64,000 nt of DNA. Source: Actinomycetales bacterium. GTDB lineage: Bacteria; Actinomycetota; Actinomycetes; Mycobacteriales; SCTD01. The stretch covers positions 3,887-67,886 of the forward strand of contig JAKFFB010000191.1 in NCBI GenBank assembly GCA_036675425.1, given 5' to 3'. Below, piece by piece: positions 18,911 through 30,662 of the stretch (position 1 is the stretch's first letter; every line of letters starts with the position of its first letter). A model generated the notes under the pieces. The model saw only the letters and a program-made list of their open reading frames with translations. It was not told the DNA's origin and did no database searches. A program made the position numbers and the translations under genes.

Positions 18911-19807
18911 TCAAGAGCCCGGGCGTCCGGGTCGCCGACCGGCCAACCTGCGCCCCTTCGCCGAGCAGCGCATCAGGTCGAGCGCGAACTCGACGTACTG
19001 CTGCGCGACCTGCTCCGGGCTGTCGGGTCCCCTCCCGTCGAACCACTGCGGCAGGGCCGTGCACATCGTCACCACCGCCCGGCTCGCCTCGCGGGGATGG
19101 GTCACGGCGAACGTCCCCTCGTCGCAGGCCTGCTCCACCTCGTCGTCGACCATCCGCTGCTGGGCGCGCCGGACCGCAGCGACCCGCTCGCGATCGGGCG
19201 GGAGCAGGCTGCGCATCTCGCTGGCGCCGACGAAGCCGAGCTCGCGGCGGTGGGTGTGGAAGAGCGCGAGGCACTCCACGAGCAGGGCGAACCGCTGGAC
19301 CGGTCCCTCGCCCTGCGTGCGGGCTGCCTGCGAGCGGCTGCGCAGGTCGGCCATCGTCACGTCGAGGATCGCGACGAGCATCTGCTGCTTGCTGGCGTAG
19401 TGGTGGTAGACGCCCGGTACGGACAGGTCGGCCCGCCGGGCGATGTCGCGCATCGTCGCGCCGTGGTAGCCGAGCTCGAGGAACGCTGCCAGCGCGGCTG
19501 AAAGGGGCGCGTCCAGCTGAAGCGGCGGGAAGGTGCGCCAGTCCGGGGGGTCGCCGACGGTCGCATCCCGCCGGATGCCGTGCCCCGGGCGCAGGAGCTC
19601 GTCCGTCGCGACGCCGAGGAGCCGGGCGGCGCGCTCGAGCCGCGCCGCGGGCATCTCACGCAGCCCGGTCTCCGCCGCGCTCAACGTCGCCGGGCTCACC
19701 TCGAGCTGCTGCGCGAACGCGCGCAGCGACAGCCCCTGCTGCTCGCGGACCTGCCGCAGGCGGGCACCCGAGCCTTGCGCGCCCGTCGATCGATCCGCCA
19801 CGAGCAT
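18911..19807 (-). CDS. XRE HTH-TetR fusion transcriptional regulator
   Basis: N-terminal GARLRQVREQQGLSLRAFAQQLEVSPATLSAAETG; then FLELGYHGATMRDIARRADLSVPGVYHHYASKQ and a TetR C-terminal domain. Confidence 0.85.
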   Translation of the reverse strand: MLVADRSTGAQGSGARLRQVREQQGLSLRAFAQQLEVSPATLSAAETGLREMPAARLERAARLLGVATDELLRPGHGIRRDATVGDPPDWRTFPPLQLDAPLSAALAAFLELGYHGATMRDIARRADLSVPGVYHHYASKQQMLVAILDVTMADLRSRSQAARTQGEGPVQRFALLVECLALFHTHRRELGFVGASEMRSLLPPDRERVAAVRRAQQRMVDDEVEQACDEGTFAVTHPREASRAVVTMCTALPQWFDGRGPDSPEQVAQQYVEFALDLMRCSAKGRRLAGRRPGRPGS

Positions 19808-19924
19808 CCTCCCGTCCTGCGCCGGAGCCCGGAGCGTACGCAGGTGCGCGTGTGCCGGCCGGGCTCGCGGAGAGTTTGACAGTCGGCCGGATCCACGTCA
19901 CTGTCGTCCATACGAAACACAGGC

Positions 19925-19938
19925 CGAGCGATCGGTCG
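19925..19938 (+). promoter_or_regulatory. Putative TetR operator, copy 2
   Basis: CGAGCGATCGGTCG overlapping the imperfect palindrome CCGAgCGaTCGG, 21 bp before the ATG. Confidence 0.55.
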
Positions 19939-19959
19939 GTCCGGGTGAAGGAGTGCGGG

Positions 19960-21620
<1,661 letters not shown>

Positions 21621-21624
<4 letters not shown>

Positions 21625-22682
21625 CGTCCCCGGACGGCTCCGCCGAGGCGCTGCCCGGTCTCGACCTGGCCGCCCTGGCCGACCACCTGCAGCGCACCGT
21701 CCCCGGGCTCCTCGCGGGTCCGCTGAGCGGCCGGCTCATCGCCGGTGGCCGCTCCAACCTCACCTACCTGGTCGGCGACGGCGTCGGCAGCTGGGTGGTC
21801 CGCAGGCCTCCGCTCGGCCACGTCCTCGAGACGGCGCACGACATGGCGCGTGAGCACCGGGTGATGGCGGCCCTGCGTGACAGCGCGGTGCCGGTGCCGG
21901 AGATGGTCGCGCTGTGCCGCGACCCCGACGTCCTCGGGGCGCCGTTCTACGTGATGGCCTTCGTGGACGGCACGGTCTTCCGCACGCGCGAGGAGATGGA
22001 GCAGGTGCGCCCGGCCGATGCCGAGGCGATCGCGGACGGGCTCGTCGACACGCTCGCCCGACTGCACGCGGTCGCGCCCGACGAGGTCGGGCTCGCCGAC
22101 CTCGGGCGCCCGGACGGCTACCTGGAGCGACAGGTGCGGCGGTGGGGAAAGCAGCTCGAGTCCTCGCGCAGCCGGGAGGTGTCGGGCCTGGAGGAGCTCG
22201 GGGCGCGGCTGGCCCGAGCTGTTCCGCAGAGCGGGCGCGCCACGCTCGTGCACGGCGACTACAAGCTCGACAACGTCGTGGTCGACCCGGCCCGGCCCGG
22301 CCGGGTGCTGGCCGTCCTCGACTGGGAGATGGCCACGCTCGGCGACCCGCTCGCGGATCTCGTGAACGTCGTCCTGTGGTGGGACGGCGTGCGCGACACC
22401 GAGGGGACGCCGTTCGCGGCCGTGCCGGCCGAGGTCGCCGGCTTCCCGCCGAGCAGCAGGCTGCTCGACCGGTACGCCCGGGCCACCGGCGCCGATCTCA
22501 CGTCGCTGTCCTGGTACCTCGGCCTGGCCTGCTACAAGCTCGCGGCCATCTTCGAGGGCATGTACTACCGGGACCAGCGGGGGCTGACCGTCGGCGCCGG
22601 CTTCGACCGGCTGGCCGGGCTGCCCCCGGAGCTGACCCGGCGCGGCCACGACGCGCTTGACGGCCTGTCCCTGTCCGGCTGA
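21621..22682 (+). CDS. APH-family phosphotransferase (ACAD10 kinase-like)
   Basis: GGRSNLTY, RRPP, AHDMAREH, HGDYKLDN, LDWEMATLGDP. Confidence 0.9.
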
Positions 22683-22713
22683 ACCCCGTTCCCGTCCACG
22701 TCAGGAGACCACC

Positions 22714-23694
22714 GTGCGTGCGCTCGAGCTCGTCAGCTTCGACGGACCGGCCGCTCTGCGTCCGGCGCCCGTCACGGAACCCGCGGCCGACGCCGACGGC
22801 ATCGTCGTGGACGTCCGCGCGATCGGCATCAACTACCCCGACCTGCTGATGACGCAGGGCTCCTACCAGGTGAAGCCGCCCCTCCCCTTCGTCCCCGGCA
22901 GCGAGATCGCCGGCGTCGTCCGTGATGCACCCGAGGGCTCGGGCTGGAAGCCGGGCGACCGGGTGGCGGCCTTCGTCTGGTCGGGCGGCTACGCCGAGCA
23001 GGTCTACGTGCCGATGAACGCGGTCTTCCCGCTGCCTGCCGGCATGGACTTCCGCACCGGGGCGGCGACCATCATCAACTACCACACCACGCACTTCGCG
23101 CTGGCGCGTCGCGGGCAGCTCGCGCACGGGGAGACGCTCCTGGTGCTCGGCGCGGCCGGCGGCATCGGATCGGCCGCCGTCCAGGTGGGCCGGGGCCTGG
23201 GGGCGCACGTCATCGGCGGTGTCGCCACCGAGGAGCAGGCCGAGGCCGCGCGTGAGGCCGGAGCCGACGAGGTGCTCGTGCTCACGGAGGGCTTCTCCAC
23301 CCGGGTGCGGGAGCTGACCGGCGGTCGCGGTGTCGACGTCGTCCTCGACCCGCTGGGTGACTGGCTGTTCGGCGAGGCCGTCCGCGCGCTCGCCCCCGAG
23401 GGACGGATCCTGGTCGTCGGCTTCGCGGCGGGCGCGATCCCCGAGCTCAAGGTGAACCGGCTGCTGCTGAAGAACGTCTCTGCGGTCGGTGTGGCCTGGG
23501 GCGCCTTCCTCGACATCGACAAGCACCTGATGGCACAGGCCAGCCGTGCGCTCGCCGACATGCACGCCGTCGGCGCGCTCACCCCGCTGATCGGCGGCGA
23601 GTTCGCCTTCGAGGACATCCCCGAGGCGCTCCACCAGCTGAGTCGTGGCGAGATCCGGGGGAAGGCGGTGGTGCTCCTCGGCGGCGGCGCGTGA
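22714..23694 (+). CDS. NADPH:quinone oxidoreductase (MDR) family protein
   Basis: GINYPD, PFVPGSE, GAAGGIG, VGFAAG, NRLLLKN. Confidence 0.9.
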   Translation: MRALELVSFDGPAALRPAPVTEPAADADGIVVDVRAIGINYPDLLMTQGSYQVKPPLPFVPGSEIAGVVRDAPEGSGWKPGDRVAAFVWSGGYAEQVYVPMNAVFPLPAGMDFRTGAATIINYHTTHFALARRGQLAHGETLLVLGAAGGIGSAAVQVGRGLGAHVIGGVATEEQAEAAREAGADEVLVLTEGFSTRVRELTGGRGVDVVLDPLGDWLFGEAVRALAPEGRILVVGFAAGAIPELKVNRLLLKNVSAVGVAWGAFLDIDKHLMAQASRALADMHAVGALTPLIGGEFAFEDIPEALHQLSRGEIRGKAVVLLGGGA

Positions 23695-23705
23695 TGCGGG
23701 ATCGG

Positions 23706-24458
23706 TCAGACGCGGAGCTCGTCGGGGTGGGCGAAGCTCTCGATGAGCACGCGGTAGCCGTGCACGTGCTTGCTCATCGCGGCCTCCGCCTTGGCGGGGT
23801 CGCCCTTGCGGATCGCGGTCAGGATCCGGTCGTGCGCCGCGAGGGTGTCCGCCATCGTCTTGGGGCTGTTGAACTCCGAGATGTCGGTCGCCGCCACGAT
23901 CGCCTGGGAGAGCGAGTCCAGGATGATCTGCATGATCTCGTTGCCGCTGGCCGCGACGACGGCCATGTGCCACTCGGCGTTGCGCTGCAGGAAGGCCGGG
24001 ATGTCGTCCAGCGCCTCCTTCAGCCGGGCGGCGGCCTCGTCGAGACGCGCGAGGTCCTCGTCCGTGCGGTTCATCGCAGCGAGACCGGCGGCAGCCGGCT
24101 CGAGGGCGTCCCGCGTCTCGAGCAGTGACTGGTAGCGGACACCGCGCCCGCTCACCAGGGCGCTCAGGCTGCGCTGCAGGGTGGTCGCGTCAGGTCGGCG
24201 TACGAAGGATCCTCCGGCGCGGCCGGGCCGGGTGGTGATCAGCCCCTCGATCTCCAGCACGCGCAACGCGTCCCGCACGGTGCCGCGGCTCAGGCCGACG
24301 GAGGCGGCGAGCTCCCGCTCGACGGGGAGGGCGGCGCCCTCGGTGAGGGTCCCGTTGAGGATCTGCTCGCGCAGGTGGTTGGCGAGCACGTCGGAGGCCT
24401 TGGGAACGGCGACCGGGCCCAGGGCGAAGCCGGACCCGGCTTCCTCGGCACTGGTCAT
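23706..24458 (-). CDS. FadR/GntR family transcriptional regulator
   Basis: LPVERELAASVGLSRGTVRDALRVLEIEGLI wHTH; FCD domain with WH and SGN. Confidence 0.9.
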   Translation of the reverse strand: MTSAEEAGSGFALGPVAVPKASDVLANHLREQILNGTLTEGAALPVERELAASVGLSRGTVRDALRVLEIEGLITTRPGRAGGSFVRRPDATTLQRSLSALVSGRGVRYQSLLETRDALEPAAAGLAAMNRTDEDLARLDEAAARLKEALDDIPAFLQRNAEWHMAVVAASGNEIMQIILDSLSQAIVAATDISEFNSPKTMADTLAAHDRILTAIRKGDPAKAEAAMSKHVHGYRVLIESFAHPDELRV

Positions 24459-24525
24459 GTGGCCTCGCTGTGGGTGAGTGGTGGGCGCCGGTCCGGCCGG
24501 CGCGGGTGGTAGATGGCGTCCATTG

Positions 24526-25308
24526 TCAGTGCATCGTGATCCCGGCGCTCACGTTCAGGTCCTCGCCGGTGGTGCTGCGGGCGTCGTCGCCGGCGAGGAA
24601 GACCACCGCCGCGGCGACGTCGTCGGGGTCGACCAGGCGTCGCAGCGGCGAGGCGGTGGCGTACTCCGCCAGCTGCTCGTCGGGCGTGCGGCCGCCGGCC
24701 TCGCTCGCGGCGGCGATGACCCGGTCGAGCCGTGGACCGGTCACCGGGCCGGGGGAGACCAGGTTGACCCGGATCCCGTGCTCGCCGGCCTCGACGGCCA
24801 GCGTGCGGACCAGGCCGATCAGAGCCGTCTTGCTCGAGGTGTACGGCGTCCGGTGTGCCATGGGTCGCTTCCCGCTCATCGAGCCGATGACGACGATCGC
24901 ACCCGTGCCGCGCCTCACCATGGAGGGCAGCACCGCGCGGCAGGACAGGAAGACCCCCCGGACGTTCACCGCGTACGTGGCGTCCCACTCCTCCGGCGTC
25001 ACCTCCCACAGGGGTGAGGTCGGTCCCGCGACGCCGCTGTTGGCGACCAGCACGTCCACCTCGCCGAGAGCCGATTCGATCCGGGCGACGCCGGCCTCGA
25101 CGCTGTCGGCGTCCTGCACGTCCAGGGGTACCACCAGGGCGCGCCCGCCGGCCGTCGTGATCTGGTCGGCGACCTCCTCGAGCTCGCGGACGGAGCGACC
25201 GGCCAGCGCGACCGATGCGCCCTCGGCGGAGCTCCGCAGCGCGATGGCGCGCCCGATGCCGCGACCGGCCCCGGTCACCAGCGCGACCCGGTCCTCGAGC
25301 GCGCTCAT
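24526..25308 (-). CDS. SDR oxidoreductase
   Basis: TGAGRGIG, NSG, YTSSK, VNLVSPG. Confidence 0.92.
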   Translation of the reverse strand: MSALEDRVALVTGAGRGIGRAIALRSSAEGASVALAGRSVRELEEVADQITTAGGRALVVPLDVQDADSVEAGVARIESALGEVDVLVANSGVAGPTSPLWEVTPEEWDATYAVNVRGVFLSCRAVLPSMVRRGTGAIVVIGSMSGKRPMAHRTPYTSSKTALIGLVRTLAVEAGEHGIRVNLVSPGPVTGPRLDRVIAAASEAGGRTPDEQLAEYATASPLRRLVDPDDVAAAVVFLAGDDARSTTGEDLNVSAGITMH

Positions 25309-25330
25309 CGCAGTGCCGGAGACCGCGTGG

Positions 25331-25798
25331 TCACGGGCCGTAGGTGAGGTAGAGGAACTCGCCCACGAGGGCAGGTCGCTCCTCACCATCGATCTCGATG
25401 GTCACCGAGACCTTGAACTGGAAGCCGCCGTCGGAGCGCGGTGTGACCGTCAGCAGCCGGGCGCGCATGCGGATGCGGGAGCCGACCCGGACCGGGTTGG
25501 TGAACCGCGCCCGGTCGACGCCGTAGTTCGCCCCGCGCGTCTGATCGGTGATCGCGAGCAGCTGGTCGAGCAGGTACGGGATCAGCGACATCGTGAGGTA
25601 CCCGTGGGCGATCGTCGTGCCGAAGGGCCCGCTCGCAGCGCGCTCCGGGTCGACGTGGATCCACTGGTGGTCGTTGGTGGCGTCGGCGAAGACGTGGACG
25701 CGCGGCTGCTCGATGTCCATCCAGTCGCTGACACCGAGGTCGGTCTCGCCCAGAGCCGCGAGCTCCTGCACGGTCACTGTGGTGGGGGGCATCGACAT
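25331..25798 (-). CDS. MaoC-family dehydratase
   Basis: FADATNDHQWIHVDP, TIAHGYLT, NYG..RFTNPV. Confidence 0.9.
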   Translation of the reverse strand: MSMPPTTVTVQELAALGETDLGVSDWMDIEQPRVHVFADATNDHQWIHVDPERAASGPFGTTIAHGYLTMSLIPYLLDQLLAITDQTRGANYGVDRARFTNPVRVGSRIRMRARLLTVTPRSDGGFQFKVSVTIEIDGEERPALVGEFLYLTYGP

Positions 25799-25818
25799 CT
25801 GCTCTCTGTGAGGGGTGG

Positions 25819-26220
25819 TCAGGCCGGCGAGAAGCGGGCGATGCTGACACCCGACTCCTGCTCGATGCTCAGGGTGAGCGGCATCTCGATGGACAGCTCG
25901 TCCTCGGAGGCGTTGATGTTGGTGATCAGGCGGGCACCCTCGTCGAGCTCGACGATCGCCACGTTGTAGGGCAGCCGATCTGCGAACGACGGGTGCACGG
26001 CAGAGTGGTAGACGACCCAGCTGATCAGCCGGGCCCGTCCCGCCGAGGCCTGCCACGACACGTTGTCCGACAAGCAGCAGGGGCACTCCTCACGCGCCGG
26101 CAGGAACGCGTTGTCGCAGTCGCCGCAGCGCAGCAGCCGCAGCTCGCCGGCCGCGAGCCCGGACCAGTACGGCTCGGTCAGCGCCGTCACCTCCGGGAGC
26201 GGGACCTCGGCGGCCATCAC
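25819..26220 (-). CDS. DUF35 Zn-ribbon/OB-fold protein (thiolase partner)
   Basis: PYW, CGDC...PAREECPCC, PYNVAIVELDEG. Confidence 0.9.
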   Translation of the reverse strand: MMAAEVPLPEVTALTEPYWSGLAAGELRLLRCGDCDNAFLPAREECPCCLSDNVSWQASAGRARLISWVVYHSAVHPSFADRLPYNVAIVELDEGARLITNINASEDELSIEMPLTLSIEQESGVSIARFSPA

Positions 26221-27341
26221 TGCCCCAGGATGAGCGTCGAGTGGGTGTGCATGATGCCTCCCTGGTTGCTCACGATCGCCGTCCGCGCGTCGGGCACCTG
26301 GTTCACCGACGTCCCGCGGACCTGCCGAACGCCCTCGATGACCAGCTGCATGCCGGGCATCCCGGTCTCGGAGAGCAGGCCGCCGCTGGTGTTGATCGGC
26401 AGCTCGCCGCCGATCTCGACGTTGCCGTCCTCGACGAACCTTCCGCCCTCGCCCTTCTTGGCGAAGCCGTAGTCCTCGAGCGTCATCAGCGCCGCGATCG
26501 TGAAGCAGTCGTAGATCTGCGCCACGTCGATGTCCTTCGGGGTCAGGCCGGCCATCGCGAACGCCGTCCTCGCCGAGACCTCCGCCGCCGTCGAGGTGAG
26601 CACCGGGCGCTGGGCCACCTCCCAGGAGGTCTGGCCCTGCCCGAAGCCGAGGATCGGCACGGGCGCGGGCACGCCCAGGTCACGGGCGCGCTGCGCGCTC
26701 ATCACCACGACGGCGGCGCCGCCGTCCGACACCAGGCAGATGTCGTCACGCCTCAGCGGATCGACCACCAGGCGCGACTCGGCGTACATCTGCTCGGTGA
26801 GCGGCAGCCGGAGCTGCGCGTGGGGGTTCTCCGCGCCGTGCCTCCGGCAGGCCCGGGCGATGGCGCCGAACTGCTCGTGCGTGGTCCCGAACTCCTCCAT
26901 GTGCCGGCGCATGATCATGGCGTAGCCGGCAGCCACCCCGAACCAGCCGTAGACGGCGTCGTCGCCCCAACCGCGCTCGTACGCCTGCCGAGTGCCGGTC
27001 TTCGGGTTGTCCGCGATGGTCACCAGCGCGACCTCGCACTGGCCGTGCTCGATGGCCATGGCGGCGAACGAGATCATCGAGATGTTGGTGGCGCCACCCT
27101 GGTCCCAGACGCCGCCGATCCGCGGCTGCAGGCCGAGCGCTTCCGCGACCGTCTGGCCGTACATCGAGCGGTGCTGGGACGTCGGGTACTTGACGAAGAC
27201 GGCGTCGATGGCGTCCTTGTCGATCCCGGCGTCCTGGATGGCCTTGCGGCTGGCCTCGACGTTGAGGGAGTCGGTCGTACGGCCGGGGAGCTTGCCGTAC
27301 GCGGTGTGCCCGACCCCCGCGATGACGGCCTTGCCGCGCAT
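26217..27341 (-). CDS. SCP2-thiolase-like (Ltp2-type) protein
   Basis: AVIAGVG, DGGAAVVV, QIYDCFT, PINTSGGLL; no Cys at the thiolase nucleophile position (QGGAT). Confidence 0.88.
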   Translation of the reverse strand: MRGKAVIAGVGHTAYGKLPGRTTDSLNVEASRKAIQDAGIDKDAIDAVFVKYPTSQHRSMYGQTVAEALGLQPRIGGVWDQGGATNISMISFAAMAIEHGQCEVALVTIADNPKTGTRQAYERGWGDDAVYGWFGVAAGYAMIMRRHMEEFGTTHEQFGAIARACRRHGAENPHAQLRLPLTEQMYAESRLVVDPLRRDDICLVSDGGAAVVVMSAQRARDLGVPAPVPILGFGQGQTSWEVAQRPVLTSTAAEVSARTAFAMAGLTPKDIDVAQIYDCFTIAALMTLEDYGFAKKGEGGRFVEDGNVEIGGELPINTSGGLLSETGMPGMQLVIEGVRQVRGTSVNQVPDARTAIVSNQGGIMHTHSTLILGQ

Positions 27342-28537
27342 CAGATCACCCCCCGCTCGCGCAGGCCGGTCAGCTCGTCGGCATCGAGACCGAGCCATCC
27401 GCCGTAGATCTCGTCGTTGTGCTGCCCGAGCGTCGCGCTGGGCACCAGCTCGGCGTAGTGGTCGCCCACCCGGATCGGGCTGTGCGGGACGACCAGCGGC
27501 CCGAGCTCGGGGTGGTCCATCTCGCTGAGCATCCCGCGCTGGCGCAGGTGCGGGTCGTTGACCACCTCGCCGAGCTCGCGCACGGGGGCGGACGGGACAC
27601 CGGCCTTGTTCAGCAGGTCCACCACCTCGGCCTTGCTGAGAGTGCCGGTCCACTCGCCGACGATCCGGTCGACCTCGTCGATCCGCTGCACCCGCAGCAC
27701 CCGGCTCGCGTAGAGCGGGTCGTCGCCGAGCTCCGGGCGGCCCATCACCTGGGTCAGCCCACGCCAGTGCGCGTCGCTGACGCAGATCAGCGCGATGTGT
27801 CCGTCGGTCGTCGGGTAGACGTTGTAGGGCGCCTCCGCCATCCCGGAGTGCCGGTTGCCGGTGCGCGTGGGGATGTCACCGGTGCTGCCGAAGTAGAGCC
27901 CGAGGCTCGACATCAGGCTCGGGTAGACGGAGTCGAGCATGGCCGCCTCCACCGTGGTGCCCTCGCCGGTGCGCTCCCTGCGGTACAGCGCGCTGACGAT
28001 GGCGCCGTAGAGGTGGATGCCGCCCATGAAGTCGCTGATCGCCGGCCCGGCCTTCACCGGCTCGCGGTCGGGGAACCCGGTGACGGACATGATCCCGGAC
28101 ATCGCCTGGATGGTGATGTCCATGGCCGGGAAGTCGCGGTACGGGCCGGTCGACCCGTAGCCGGAGCCGGACGCGTAGATCAGCCGCGGGTTGATCGCGC
28201 GCAGCGACGCAGGGCCGATGCCGAGCTTGTCGGTTACGCCGGGGCGGAAGTTCTCGACGAAGACGTCGGCCTTGGCCACCATCTTCTCGAGCAGCGCGAC
28301 GCCCTCGGGGTCCTTGAGGTTGAGGGTCACGTCCTTCTTGTTGCTGTTCAGCATCGCGAAGGGCGCGCCGGCGCCGGCGACCCGGCCCCGACCACGCAGG
28401 TTCTCGCCGGTGAGCGGCTCCACCTTGATGACCTCGGCGCCGTTCAGCGCGAGGAGCAGGGTCGCGTAGGGGGCGTTGTAGATCTGCCCCAGGTCCACCA
28501 CGGTGACGCCGGCGAAGGGCGCGCTGTCCATCGTCAT
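27341..28537 (-). CDS. Family III CoA transferase (CaiB/BaiF)
   Basis: GAEVIKVE, NSNKKDVTLNLK, ENFRPG, MDITIQAMSG. Confidence 0.92.
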   Translation of the reverse strand: MTMDSAPFAGVTVVDLGQIYNAPYATLLLALNGAEVIKVEPLTGENLRGRGRVAGAGAPFAMLNSNKKDVTLNLKDPEGVALLEKMVAKADVFVENFRPGVTDKLGIGPASLRAINPRLIYASGSGYGSTGPYRDFPAMDITIQAMSGIMSVTGFPDREPVKAGPAISDFMGGIHLYGAIVSALYRRERTGEGTTVEAAMLDSVYPSLMSSLGLYFGSTGDIPTRTGNRHSGMAEAPYNVYPTTDGHIALICVSDAHWRGLTQVMGRPELGDDPLYASRVLRVQRIDEVDRIVGEWTGTLSKAEVVDLLNKAGVPSAPVRELGEVVNDPHLRQRGMLSEMDHPELGPLVVPHSPIRVGDHYAELVPSATLGQHNDEIYGGWLGLDADELTGLRERGVI

Positions 28538-29307
28538 CTCCCCTTGAACTCGGCGGGCCGCTTCTCGGCGAAGGCGGCGGGTCCCTCCTGAGCGTCCTCG
28601 GTGAACTGCAGCACCTGGTTCATCGCCTGCTCGAGGCGCAGCCCGGTCACCCGGTCGACGTCGCGTGACCGGACGGCCAGCTCCTTCGACGCCTGCACGG
28701 CCAGCGGCGCGTTCGCGGCGATCTCCCGGGCCAGCTCGAACGCGGTCGGCAGCAGCTCCTCCTGCGGCACGACGCGGTTCACCAGCCCCCAGCGCTCGGC
28801 CGTCGCCGCGTCGAGCCGCCGCCCGGTGAGCAGCATCTCCATGCCGATGGCGTACGGCAGCTGCTCGAGCACGCGCTGGGTGCCGCCGTTCCCCGCGACG
28901 ACGCCGCGCTGCACCTCGCTGAGCCCGAAGGTCGCCGTGGGCGTGGCGATGCGGATGTCGGTCCCGAGCAGCAGGGTCATGCCCCCGCCCAGGCAGTAGC
29001 CGTTCACGGCGGCGATCACCGGCTTCCAGACCTCGAGACCGCGGTTGAGCAGCTGTCCCTGCTGGGTCAGCCAGAACCGCGACAGGTCGGTCTGCTTGCC
29101 CACGAAGCTCTTCAGGTCCGCACCGGTGGTGAAGGCCTTCTCGCCGGCGCCCGTGATGATCGCCACGCGGATGTCGCCGTCGTCGCGGACCCGCGTCCAG
29201 GCTGCGGACAGCGCGGCGTACGCCTCGGCGTCCATGGCGTTCATCCGCTCCGGGCGGTTCATCGTGATGAGGGCGACGCCGTCGTCGACGTCGACGTCGA
29301 TGGCCAC
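28534..29307 (-). CDS. Enoyl-CoA hydratase/isomerase family protein
   Basis: NRPERMNAM, FTTGADL, KPVIAAVNGYCLGGG, SEV. Confidence 0.9.
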   Translation of the reverse strand: MAIDVDVDDGVALITMNRPERMNAMDAEAYAALSAAWTRVRDDGDIRVAIITGAGEKAFTTGADLKSFVGKQTDLSRFWLTQQGQLLNRGLEVWKPVIAAVNGYCLGGGMTLLLGTDIRIATPTATFGLSEVQRGVVAGNGGTQRVLEQLPYAIGMEMLLTGRRLDAATAERWGLVNRVVPQEELLPTAFELAREIAANAPLAVQASKELAVRSRDVDRVTGLRLEQAMNQVLQFTEDAQEGPAAFAEKRPAEFKGR

Positions 29308-29309
29308 GC

Positions 29310-30482
29310 TCAGCTGCTCCCGCTGCTCTTCTTGCCGCTGATGAGCTGACGGGCGACGACCATGCGGTGCACCTCGGACGGGCCCTCGCCGATGCGCTTG
29401 ATGCGCATCTCGCGGTACCAGCGCTCGAGGGGCAGCTCCTTGGCGACGCCCATCCCGCCGAGGATCTGCACGCAGCGGTCGACGACCCGGCCGGCGGTCT
29501 CGGTGGCGTAGACCTTGCAGGCCGAGGCCTCGAACTTGTAGTCCTGCCCGGAGTCGGCCTTGAAGGCCGCCTCGTAGCAGAGCCAGCGGGCCGCGCGGAT
29601 CTCGATCTCGGAGTCGGCGATCATCCACTGGATGGCCTGCTTGTCGGCGAGCCGGCCCCCGAACACCTCCCGGTTGCGCGCGTGCTCGATGGCGATCTTG
29701 AGCGCGGCACTGGCGATGCCGAGAGTCGCTGCGGCGTAAGGGACGCGACCGTGGTTGAGCCACACCTGAGCCAGCTCGAAGCCACGGCCCTCCTCGCCGA
29801 TCAGGTTCTCGGCGGGCACGCGGCAGTCCTGGAAGGACAGCTCGCAGGGGTACCAGGACCGGATGACGGGGATCGGCGTCATGGTCAGCCCCGGGGTGTC
29901 GGACTCCACGACGAAGCAGCTCACGCCGTTGCGGCCCTCCGACGTGCGGGCGAACACGACGCCCCAGTCGGAGTAGTTCGCCGCGGAGATCCAGGTCTTC
30001 GTGCCGTTGAGGACGTAGCTGTCCCCGTCGCGCACGGCTGTCGTGCGGATGCTGCGCGCGGGGTCGGAGCCACCGGAGGGCTCGCTGATGGCGACGAAGG
30101 TCTTGCCGCCCTTCTCGATCGTCGGCACGGCGTACTTCTGGATCTGCTCCTCGGTGCCCTTGTAGATGACGTTCGGCGGGTCCCACCCGAACGCGCCGCC
30201 GGCGGGCACGTAGGCACCCATCCGGCACTGCGACGCCTCCTCGGCGACGATCACCTGCGCGAGCATGCTCATCTCGCTGCCGCCGTAGGCGGCCGGCGAG
30301 TTGACGCACCAGATGCCGGCCTGGCGGGCCTTCTTGCGGGCCGCCTCGAGCACGTCCTGGGGGAGCTGGTAGGCGTCGAAGTCCAGGTTCTCCTCGGCCG
30401 GGACGATCTCCTTCTGCACGAAGTCGCGGGTGACCTTCTGCAGGCCCCGCAGCTCGTCGGAGAGCTGCCACACATCGGTCAT
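29310..30482 (-). CDS. Acyl-CoA dehydrogenase
   Basis: AISEPSGGSD, LNGTKTWIS, RVPAENLIGEEG, QILGGMG, RIGEGPSEVHR. Confidence 0.93.
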   Translation of the reverse strand: MTDVWQLSDELRGLQKVTRDFVQKEIVPAEENLDFDAYQLPQDVLEAARKKARQAGIWCVNSPAAYGGSEMSMLAQVIVAEEASQCRMGAYVPAGGAFGWDPPNVIYKGTEEQIQKYAVPTIEKGGKTFVAISEPSGGSDPARSIRTTAVRDGDSYVLNGTKTWISAANYSDWGVVFARTSEGRNGVSCFVVESDTPGLTMTPIPVIRSWYPCELSFQDCRVPAENLIGEEGRGFELAQVWLNHGRVPYAAATLGIASAALKIAIEHARNREVFGGRLADKQAIQWMIADSEIEIRAARWLCYEAAFKADSGQDYKFEASACKVYATETAGRVVDRCVQILGGMGVAKELPLERWYREMRIKRIGEGPSEVHRMVVARQLISGKKSSGSS

Positions 30483-30662
30483 GATCGGTGTCCTCCAGGA
30501 CGGGTCGGGGTGCACGACGTCTTGCTCACCGCCGCGGGGTCCGTCAGGGGCTGAGGGCCGGCGCGGGCACCGTCGAGGTGCGGGCGCCGACGCCGTGGAG
30601 ACGAACTGCGGCTCCCAGCGAGGCTCGTGCGGCAGGGCGACCGTACGACTGCCCGGTCATCC

